NCBI GenBank assembly: GCA_039924325.1
Contig: JBDTAZ010000033.1
Coordinates: 1-48,679, forward strand
DNA from: Gemmatimonadaceae bacterium
Lineage (GTDB): Bacteria; Gemmatimonadota; Gemmatimonadetes; Gemmatimonadales; Gemmatimonadaceae
DNA: 48,679 bases
Direction: 5' to 3'
Part shown: positions 1-6,920 of the stretch, in pieces
Layout of the letters: every line of letters starts with the position of its first letter
Position numbering within the stretch: position 1 is the first letter of the stretch
Notes under the pieces: model-generated
What the model was told of the DNA's origin: nothing
The model's input: the letters and a program-made list of their open reading frames with translations, nothing else
Databases searched by the model: none
Translations under genes and position numbers: made by a program

Positions 1-79
1 TGACGGGGCCCTCGTCCGACCGACGCGCCAAGTGCAGGGCACAGATTACGCCGTACTCGGCCCAGGTGGTGATCCGCAT
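1..79 (-). CDS. Rrf2/IscR-family transcriptional regulator, N-terminal fragment running off the left edge
   Basis: Open-ended, so absent from the ORF track. The minus-strand ATG at 79..77 reads MRITTWAEYGVICALHLARRSDEGPV..., a typical Rrf2 N-terminal wHTH opening. No clear SD upstream. Confidence 0.5.
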   Translation of the reverse strand, partial: MRITTWAEYGVICALHLARRSDEGPV

Positions 80-177
80 ACATGGAGGATACCGGGGCGG
101 ACGGCGCGGAGCAAGGGTTGAGGGGCTCCGCATCGACGCGGCACCCCTATCCTGCTCGTACTGGAACTGTCAAAGAC

Positions 178-3100
178 TTACTGTGAGAAGTACATCCGGA
201 TGGACTTACCGTTCATAAAATCGGTGATGAATTGGGATAGATACGGCATCTGCGACGAGGAGAGGATTCCTCGAATTAACGGCCGCTCGCGCATCGTTAT
301 AGCCTCCGCGGAATCGGAGCTTGCCCGACTGAATTCAAGTAGCTCCGCGGACGTTCTATTATCGGAGTTAATGACTATCACCTCAGCAAGTACATGCCAT
401 ACGGAATCCATGCGTGCGCGGTACGGGATATCCGCTGAGCCAAGGCTGTCGAACTGTGCGCGCGACAGGAATAACGAGTCGCTCTCTTCGCGAATTTCCT
501 GATACACGTCAGGGACCGAGCGCGAGTAACGAGCCTGAATCGCTGCAACACGTTCAGTTTCGGAGCCTGTGTGACGTGACGCATCCTCGATTGACCGGCC
601 GAACATCTGCTCGTCAGTCGGCTTGGAAAGATCGATACTCACTTGAAAGCTGACAATAGGGTTCTGAACGTATGAAGGCCTTCCGAAATGAGCGTTTGGT
701 CCAAGTGCGAACGCCTGCTTCGTTGCTGAAAAACCTGTGACGTAATATGCAATCGGGTCCACGCTGGCCGCACCTGCCCAATGCGCGCTGTTGACTGCCG
801 CCAGCGGATTGTCGACAACGAGGCTGATCGTCGTCCGCTGGGATAGGTGCAGCGATTGGCCTTGAGCATCGAGGCGGACCATAGCCAACGCCTGCCAAGG
901 ACCACGGCACCCATTGGTTCCAACCATTCGGCCGGCAGCGCTCTGGAGACACGCCACCGCCGCCTTGTCGCCGGCAACTGGGATGGCGGGATCCGAAAAG
1001 GCGCGGTCGTTGATGAATCCATCCCCGTTCACGTCGCCACCGACGATGGGTGTGTACGGCAGCCCGGACCTAACTTTAACATACGCAGACAACGCCAGAG
1101 CGCGCGGACCATACATCCCACCCATCATCACGAGTTGGTGACGAACATCGTTGCTCGTTGGGCCGTTCGAGAAGTCGAGCGGGTTTCCAGCTGTTGTGCC
1201 TTGGAATCCCTGCATCCGCCCCGTAGTTCGCGAGAGAACGTATGTAAGCGCCCAGAATGGGCGTGGAAAAACACGCGGTGACTGGAGTTCCAGCGTCACC
1301 TGACGACTCAGAGACCTTGCGTCCGATTCGAGGCTGTTCAGATGTACTGCCTGCCGTGGCGCGACGTCTCGCTGCGGGAACGCTCCGCTCGACGCATCTA
1401 TGCTGGATGCGGAGACGTAAACGGGGCGCCCGTTCGCAAGATTGAAAACGGGGTTCCCGGAAAATTGCCGGTCAACCCAATCGGGCTGATCGATATTCAG
1501 CGAAAGTGTCGCATCGGCAGATACAACGAGACGTTTCGTTGGACGACTCCAACCGACGGATGCGCGAACGCTACGCGCAGGCTTGTAGCTTGAAGAGACA
1601 TTTGCGCCGGTGGCGCGGAACGGCGACGATAGCGACGCATCGCACCCAGGATCGGCGTTTCCGCCGTCTACCGCGCTCCAATCTGGGCCCGTCGTTGGAT
1701 TTATGCACTCCATGCGAGATGCGAGAAGCGCCGAAGATTGAGTCAATTGACTCAGCGTAGACGCGCTCGGCCAACTGCTGCGGAACAGCCCAATTCCGCC
1801 GCGGAAAAGATTTGGCGTTTGGGAGGGAAACAATCCAAGCGGTTCCTGGCTGATGTGGAATCGCGGTCCCCACTTGATCCAGCGAAATCCAATTCGCGGG
1901 CTGACTGTCACGTCGCGCAAGGCAGGGCGCTGATCGGCTATGCTGCGCACCAGATCCGAACTCGTGAGCTTCGCGAAATCTGCATCGATTCGTCCACCCA
2001 TCAACACTTGCATTGTCTTGCTTTGACTCCACGTGTCGCCGAACCAAGCGGAAGCCCCGTACGACTGCTCTCGCCACAGGCCCTCATTGCTTGACATAGT
2101 CGCAAAATTCGGCGCGTTGGATTCCAACGCACCGAGACTTTTGTAAGCGAACGTGTGCTGCACCGCGTTGCCGTCTCCAACGCGACTGCCTGTCAGGTTG
2201 ATTGTGGCGCCGTATTTCAGTCGGTGTTTATTACCGCCAACTATCATCTGATGCTCTCGACGCAGCTCGATTCCAGACGTGACGTCGATGTATCCGGACG
2301 GGACTCCTCCCAGTCCTACGCTGCGCAGCGAAGTTGAACCGGTGCTTGGCGGAACGAGAACGCTTATGGCGGGAAAGAGCCAAAGAGGGTCTGTCGTCGA
2401 GCGATCTTGATAGGCGGTCAGGCGCGTTTCGTGTAAAGCCCTGCTCTTCGTAAACTCGGACGTAAATAGCTGCAAGACTGCGCCGGTTGTTTTTGCCGTC
2501 ATCGCCTGCGAACCTGCCGCGCCCGGATTGAGTCCGACTCCAGTCTGCCGGGACGCCGCGAACTGAAGCAGCGCTCCGGCTGAGCTTCGGGAATACGGAG
2601 ATCTGTCAACACGAAAGACAGACGATAAATCACTCCGCGATACGTTGCCAGGTGAGTTGATCGAAACGGACGGAGCGCCGAGTGATGAAAGAGCGTTACG
2701 CAGGCTGGCGCGGGTCGTTCCATCAATTGCAAGAGCGGCCGGAGTCCCGCCGCCCGGCGCAAAAAGAGACGGCGCCGCGAACGACTGGTAGCTTCCTGTA
2801 ATTGCGGCATCTCCGCGATACTCGGTGCGTCCGAACGGTCCGTCGATTGCCGCAGTCGCCTGAACCGACGGTGCTTCACCCGCACTCGCTGGTGGGTTGA
2901 CGCCCATATCGAGTTTCCGGGTTGTAAACTCTCCACCGGGCAACACATCGAATGCGATGTTTGCTCCGCTGAAGCCGCCGAGCGCGGGATCATACGTGGA
3001 AGTAATCGCGCGCGCCTGAACGCGTCCAAAAGAGGGCAGACTGATCGCGCCCGCAGCGCTTCCGCCCAGCGTGGTACTGTTCTGGTCGGTTCCAAGTCCG

Positions 3101-3642
3101 AGGAATGACGGGCCACGAACTCCATCGCCCACGGCGCCTGGCAGTAACTGCAGGAAACCTGCATCGATCGATCCATTGACCGGCTGCGTCACGACCAGGC
3201 CTCCGGTGGCGTCGGTCTCGGCGTTGGAGAAATCCTTGCCGACGGCACGCCACTTTGGAGGCAACGGCCGTCGAGCAGTGACGTGTACGGCCGAAAGTGC
3301 GACAGTATTCGCGTGAAGTACAAAGTCGGCCGTCACGTTTTGTTGCGTGACGGGGACTGTAACCCTGCGCCGCTGCGACTCGAATCCAGTCGCCGCTACG
3401 TGTACGAGAAAATCGCCGCTCGAATTTGTGATGAACGAGCTGAAATGGCCGAAGCCGTCCGTGGAGTCTTGAACGGTACGGCGCGTGGGGGCGATCGTGA
3501 TTGAAACAACCGCGCCGGCGATTGGTTTGCTTGTTGAGTCACGCACGACTCCGGAGACTCGCTGCGTTGTGTCGACGCTCGCGCGAACAGCCGCAGAAGA
3601 CGAGATCGGCAACGCGATGATTCCAATTGCGAGCAGAATCAT
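178..3642 (-). CDS. Large outer-membrane protein: N-terminal carboxypeptidase-regulatory-like domain, TonB-dependent-receptor-like beta-barrel and a ~148-aa helical C-terminal extension
   Basis: 1154-aa ORF. The N-terminus has a short signal-like segment, then VSGVVRDSTSKPIAGAVVSI...DGFGHF...GDFLVHVAATGF (CarboxypepD_reg pattern). A long Gly/Ser/Asn-rich beta-strand-like body follows. It is a clear paralog of the 45043-48679 protein (GGDVNGDG-x-NDRAF and SVWxxL blocks). Its ATG overlaps the upstream stop (ATGA at 3639..3642). Confidence 0.75.
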   Translation of the reverse strand: MILLAIGIIALPISSSAAVRASVDTTQRVSGVVRDSTSKPIAGAVVSITIAPTRRTVQDSTDGFGHFSSFITNSSGDFLVHVAATGFESQRRRVTVPVTQQNVTADFVLHANTVALSAVHVTARRPLPPKWRAVGKDFSNAETDATGGLVVTQPVNGSIDAGFLQLLPGAVGDGVRGPSFLGLGTDQNSTTLGGSAAGAISLPSFGRVQARAITSTYDPALGGFSGANIAFDVLPGGEFTTRKLDMGVNPPASAGEAPSVQATAAIDGPFGRTEYRGDAAITGSYQSFAAPSLFAPGGGTPAALAIDGTTRASLRNALSSLGAPSVSINSPGNVSRSDLSSVFRVDRSPYSRSSAGALLQFAASRQTGVGLNPGAAGSQAMTAKTTGAVLQLFTSEFTKSRALHETRLTAYQDRSTTDPLWLFPAISVLVPPSTGSTSLRSVGLGGVPSGYIDVTSGIELRREHQMIVGGNKHRLKYGATINLTGSRVGDGNAVQHTFAYKSLGALESNAPNFATMSSNEGLWREQSYGASAWFGDTWSQSKTMQVLMGGRIDADFAKLTSSDLVRSIADQRPALRDVTVSPRIGFRWIKWGPRFHISQEPLGLFPSQTPNLFRGGIGLFRSSWPSASTLSQLTQSSALLASRMECINPTTGPDWSAVDGGNADPGCDASLSSPFRATGANVSSSYKPARSVRASVGWSRPTKRLVVSADATLSLNIDQPDWVDRQFSGNPVFNLANGRPVYVSASSIDASSGAFPQRDVAPRQAVHLNSLESDARSLSRQVTLELQSPRVFPRPFWALTYVLSRTTGRMQGFQGTTAGNPLDFSNGPTSNDVRHQLVMMGGMYGPRALALSAYVKVRSGLPYTPIVGGDVNGDGFINDRAFSDPAIPVAGDKAAVACLQSAAGRMVGTNGCRGPWQALAMVRLDAQGQSLHLSQRTTISLVVDNPLAAVNSAHWAGAASVDPIAYYVTGFSATKQAFALGPNAHFGRPSYVQNPIVSFQVSIDLSKPTDEQMFGRSIEDASRHTGSETERVAAIQARYSRSVPDVYQEIREESDSLFLSRAQFDSLGSADIPYRARMDSVWHVLAEVIVINSDNRTSAELLEFSRASSDSAEAITMRERPLIRGILSSSQMPYLSQFITDFMNGKSIRMYFSQ

Positions 3643-4700
3643 TTTGTTCCTGCCGCGCCGGTCGCGAGCCGCAACCTAAGGATGCGAAGCGGGCGCGTCC
3701 GTCCGATGGCGAAAACGGCGCCCTCCACAGCCATTATTCGCCCCGCACGTTCCGGAAGGACATAGCTATGAAGATATGTCGCTGTCGGTACGTCATACTC
3801 GTCTATCAGTCGATCGCGGTCAAGAGTGCTTCCAGCGAATAGCACGTAAAGTTTGTCTCCGTCAACTGCGATACTGATAGCGGATCGCGTCGATCGCAGG
3901 ACTTCTGTCGTGATGCCATTCGAAGAATCGAACTGGAGCAGATCCGGGAATTTTGTCGCTTCAACGTATACTCCGGTATACCTTCGGCCGGTCGTACTCG
4001 ACACAGTCCAACCGTCGCCGTAGACGAACCCGACCGCCCAGTTGCCGCGACTATCCGTGGTGAGGTCGGTGGCGCGTGCGAGAGCATCGAGCCGCCCATA
4101 AAACGTCCACGGCAACGCAAAACCACGGATTACGCCTCCGGAACCAGCAACCAACAGCACCGGCGAAGCACTCGAATCACTCAACACCAGTAAGGTATCG
4201 AATCCGAACGCCGCTATGCCATCGGCGTTCGTGACTGCCTTAATCGAGACAGGCACACCCGCCCCTCCAACCCGTTTGATGGCGCGGGTCTTCCCGTCAA
4301 GAACCCACGCCCGATCATCGCTCGACGCCGCTAACTCAACCGGAAAGGGAGCCTGCGTATCTGCTGCGAAACGCAAGGAGGCGCGCCATCGCGATTTCAT
4401 CTTCCAGTCCACGGACACCACGGAATCCGCGCTCGCGTCGATGTAGTCGATGCCCGAGTGGGTGATGGCTACGTGTTGGGCATACTGGGGGCCCGCCGCA
4501 CTGAACTGATACACGGTATCCCAGCGCGACAAGACGATTTTCCGTGTGCCCCCGCGTTGCGCTCCTCCAATTGAGTGTTCGGAAATCACTCTAGTATGAC
4601 CATCGCGGGCTCTTGCGCAACCGTCGGATAACGCGGTTATTGTTACGATCCCAACGCAGGCAAGTAAGGTAACTTGCCTGCGAGCTGTGTCAAACGTCAT
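3639..4700 (-). CDS. Hypothetical exported/anchored protein with beta-propeller-like repeats
   Basis: 353-aa ORF with an N-terminal hydrophobic segment (VTLLACVGIVTITALSDGC; the lipobox is not canonical). It has recurring strand-turn motifs such as DDRAWVLDG, DSRGNWAVGFVYGDGW, VDGDKLYVLFAG and EGAVFAIG. There are 4-nt overlaps with both neighbours (4697..4700 and 3639..3642). The fold call is by eye only. Confidence 0.5.
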   Translation of the reverse strand: MTFDTARRQVTLLACVGIVTITALSDGCARARDGHTRVISEHSIGGAQRGGTRKIVLSRWDTVYQFSAAGPQYAQHVAITHSGIDYIDASADSVVSVDWKMKSRWRASLRFAADTQAPFPVELAASSDDRAWVLDGKTRAIKRVGGAGVPVSIKAVTNADGIAAFGFDTLLVLSDSSASPVLLVAGSGGVIRGFALPWTFYGRLDALARATDLTTDSRGNWAVGFVYGDGWTVSSTTGRRYTGVYVEATKFPDLLQFDSSNGITTEVLRSTRSAISIAVDGDKLYVLFAGSTLDRDRLIDEYDVPTATYLHSYVLPERAGRIMAVEGAVFAIGRTRPLRILRLRLATGAAGTK

Positions 4701-5233
4701 AGGGCTTGCCGCACCGTTGCGATAGACACGATTTCGGGTGGTAGGAAAACGCGCGTAATTCGCCCGACGGTGTCGATGAGGATAGCAAATGGGGTTGCAC
4801 GAATCGACAAAGCACCCATCACGAACACCGCATCGCGCGTATCAATCACATGCACACTAGCCTGCAGTCCACTGGCGGCAGCGACAGACTCGGCCTCTTT
4901 CTCAGATAGGTCATCGTCAACAAAGGTAGCATCGACATTAACGATGTTTGAGAGGTGAGAGTCAAGAGCATCCAACGCATCGATGGCGGTCGCGCAGTCG
5001 CGAGGCTGCATTACTAAAACCAACCTTGGCCGTGCGAAATTGCCTCCGCTTGGCGAAAGGCCAAGCATGCGCATGAACGGACGTCGCGTTTCCGCCAGCC
5101 GACGCGCCTGAAGCGCTACGGTCGCCACCAATACCGCCAGAACTATCCAAGGAGCAATGTTCAACACGCGCTCAACGATTTTGGACCGAGCATGACCAAA
5201 CATACCCCTCCTAAGTCTTTCCCACTGTTGCAT
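4697..5233 (-). CDS. Membrane-anchored thioredoxin-fold (TlpA/ResA-like) protein with a monothiol C-A-T-A in place of CxxC
   Basis: 178 aa with one N-terminal TM (IAPWIVLAVLVATVALQA). The layout is TlpA-like: RPRLVLVMQPRDCATAIDALDALD at the position of the usual hhhFWASWCxxC motif, and a later ATPFAILIDTVGRI (cis-Pro loop plus D..G.I pattern). Only one Cys sits at the active-site position. Confidence 0.5.
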   Translation of the reverse strand: MQQWERLRRGMFGHARSKIVERVLNIAPWIVLAVLVATVALQARRLAETRRPFMRMLGLSPSGGNFARPRLVLVMQPRDCATAIDALDALDSHLSNIVNVDATFVDDDLSEKEAESVAAASGLQASVHVIDTRDAVFVMGALSIRATPFAILIDTVGRITRVFLPPEIVSIATVRQAL

Positions 5234-5297
5234 TCAATCAGACATAGGTGCCGCGTGATCGGTTCGAAGGTCACACGGCACCCATTCTGACACACCA

Positions 5298-5516
5298 CTA
5301 CTGCGGATCAGGAAAGTAAAAAGAGTCCGTGTGACAAACCTTGACTAATCCGATGGTCACGCACACTTGCGTAGTGCTACACAGCGGCAGGGTCATGCCA
5401 CTGCAACGCGAGGAATCGGCTCGGACGGCCTTCGTCGGGACTGCAAGCGCGAGGACAACAACGCCGACGCCACTCGCCAAACCAAGTACCTTGAGAACTG
5501 CAACTTTGGTTATCAC
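5298..5516 (-). CDS. Small secreted four-cysteine peptide precursor, copy A (72 aa if started at GTG 5516)
   Basis: The track ORF 5298..5582 (94 aa) is trimmed here. The GTG at 5516 is preceded by GGAG 9 nt upstream and gives 72 aa, exactly the length of copy B, with a gapless alignment. An alternative ATG lies at 5531. It has a Sec-type leader ...ALAVPTKAVRA, then a 39-aa Cys-rich mature part. Confidence 0.6.
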   Translation of the reverse strand: MITKVAVLKVLGLASGVGVVVLALAVPTKAVRADSSRCSGMTLPLCSTTQVCVTIGLVKVCHTDSFYFPDPQ

Positions 5517-5768
5517 TATCCGTATCTCCATGCAGGTGAAACCACGCGGGCGCAGAAAGTGTTCCTGCAACCCATCTCGCATGTATCAGCCCAACAGGAG
5601 GGTCTGCTACGCGATTCATGCGGCATTCCCGATGTACTTCGACTGCGCATGTTGGACAGTTCGCTTGCCTTCGCAAACTGGCCGACGAGCCATAACGGTT
5701 CTCAGTCATGCAGACTGCCGTTATAGCAAACGCGGGTGGTGCTGGCCGTCACGGTCCGCTGACTCGCG

Positions 5769-5987
5769 TCATTCCGGACTTTCGCGGTAGTAGTAGTTCG
5801 TTGTGCAAGTAATCACCTTGAGCAGGGTGTCACAGTGCTGCGTGTGATTGCAACTTGGCGTAACCATACCGTCGCATCCTGTGTCGGCAGCGAGAGCCGG
5901 CTTCGTCGGCACGGCCAACGCCGCAATTCCCGCCCCAATACTCCCCACGAGCGCCACCAGCTTTAGAACGGTGCTTGTCCTTGCCAT
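5769..5987 (-). CDS. Small secreted four-cysteine peptide precursor, copy B (72 aa)
   Basis: ATG preceded by GGAGACAAC (SD about 5 nt upstream). Leader is MARTSTVLKLVALVGSIGAGIAALAVPTKPALA and the mature part is ADTGCDGMVTPSCNHTQHCDTLLKVITCTTNYYYRESPE. It is paralogous to copy A with all four Cys in register. Confidence 0.7.
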   Translation of the reverse strand: MARTSTVLKLVALVGSIGAGIAALAVPTKPALAADTGCDGMVTPSCNHTQHCDTLLKVITCTTNYYYRESPE

Positions 5988-6047
5988 GTTGTCTCCGGTA
6001 AACGGGATACTTCTGTGCCGGGCGCGTGAACACCATATGCTGCACCC

Positions 6048-6658
6048 TCACAATATTTGGTTCCCCTTAGTAAGGTAGTGTTCGCATTTTCGGCCCGCTA
6101 TGCGTTTCCCGGCCAAATGATGCTGAATCCAGCCAAATTCACCGCTCGCATACGCCCACGGCGCGCGAAAGGGTACAAATGGAGTTCGCCAAGTGACTCG
6201 AGGCATATAGTTGCCGATCGCGACGCAACTCGCCGAGACGATTAGTGCGATGACGATTGGTTCGCGGCTGGCTCCGATATACCCAAGCGCTGTACAAATC
6301 GTGAAGACGTGAATCGCCAGCAGGAGCGCCAGAACTGCAACGACGATGGTACCGTACACCGGGCGAGATGTCGACGAATCGGACGCCCGATTCGAGTATC
6401 TGCTGAAGACTGATGCGTCGTAGCGCGGCAGCAAAATGAGCAGCAAAATGAGCAGCTACCAGATCACCAGCATCACGACGGGTGCAATGAGCGCGCCAGT
6501 CAGCGGGCCGCGAAACCATTGGGCTGGCCTGAAAATCCCCAATGCGTAGCAATACGCGCCGGGAGATGTGGATACGCAAACGCGGACAGCGCGAATGCCG
6601 CCACGATGAGTACAACCGAAACTACCCTTGTATGATCACGCATCTGCCTGTCCGTCAT
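6048..6658 (-). pseudogene. SdpI/YhfL-family (DUF1648 + SdpI domain) membrane protein, apparently disrupted by a frameshift and an in-frame TAG
   Basis: The N-terminal piece (ORF 6500..6700; likely start ATG 6658 or 6643) carries the DUF1648 motif YPHLPARIATHWGFSGQPNGF. The C-terminal piece (ORF 6048..6446) carries the SdpI motif IGNYMPRV...FRAPWAYASGE-W. The connecting segment reads GPLTGALIAPVVMLVIW (a good TM helix) in the downstream frame. That segment is cut off from the N-terminal piece by a frame change near 6500-6510 and from the C-terminal piece by TAG at 6458..6456. Confidence 0.55.
6428..6456. repeat. 12-bp tandem duplication GCAGCAAAATGA x2.4 inside the SdpI-like gene
   Basis: Plus strand reads gcagcaaaatga gcagcaaaatga gcagc. 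On the coding (minus) strand this duplicates LLIL -> LLILLLIL. It abuts the in-frame TAG at 6456..6458. Confidence 0.9.
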
Positions 6659-6920
6659 TCGATGAAGCCCGTGTCCATTCAGCGAGCCGCGCCAGGACAT
6701 CCTGAAATACGGTGGTTGCCAACTCGTAACGCATAAACTGACCTTCCTTCTCGGCGCTTATCAGGCCCGCATCCCGGAGCACACTGAGGTGCCGCGAGAT
6801 TGTCGGCCACGATGAGCCGAACTGTTCCGCGATCTCTCCCGAAGTCCGGGATCCGGCACGAAGCTGGTCGAGAATTGCGCGCCGCGTCGGATCCGCGAGC
6901 GCGCGGAATGCGTCGGTCAC
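6636..6920 (-). CDS. ArsR-family transcriptional repressor of the SdpR (autorepressor) type
   Basis: 94 aa: MTDAFRALADPTRRAILDQLRAGSRTSGEIAEQFGSSWPTISRHLSVLRDAGLISAEKEGQFMRYELATTVFQDV... This matches the SdpR-type pattern F.ALADPTRR.IL..L......G.IAE.F..S.PTIS.HL..L..AGL.....GQ...Y.L. The GTG start overlaps the hydrolase stop (GTGA, 6917..6920). Its 3' end overlaps the SdpI-like start. Confidence 0.85.
   Translation of the reverse strand: MTDAFRALADPTRRAILDQLRAGSRTSGEIAEQFGSSWPTISRHLSVLRDAGLISAEKEGQFMRYELATTVFQDVLARLAEWTRASSNDGQADA

Noticed and set aside
122-147. An imperfect GC hairpin (GGGGCTCCGC...GCGGCACCCC) after the first OMP gene, as a possible terminator.
   Set aside because: There is a two-position mismatch in the middle of the stem and no T-tract on the minus strand. 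It lies in the short spacer before the Rrf2-like start. Not convincing.
5551-5566. Sigma54-like GG-N10-GC elements upstream of the peptide genes: AGGAACACTTTCTGCG on the minus strand here, and CGGCACAGAAGTATCC at 6005..6020.
   Set aside because: Only about 7-8 of 12 consensus positions match, and the second lacks the -12 GC. The only NtrC-like regulator in the window looks sigma54-independent. Too weak to call.
5298-5582. The 94-aa version of peptide A starting MRDGLQEHFLRPRGFTC.
   Set aside because: The extra 22 residues have no counterpart in the paralog and no SD. The GTG at 5516 (GGAG upstream) makes both copies exactly 72 aa. The ATG at 5531 remains a possible alternative.
3639-5987. 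Analogy to methylamine dehydrogenase or quinohemoprotein amine dehydrogenase loci (propeller subunit, small Cys-rich subunit, Trx-like MauD).
   Set aside because: The mature peptides contain no Trp, which is needed for TTQ/CTQ cofactors. They have only four Cys. No MauE/MauG, radical-SAM or cytochrome genes are present.
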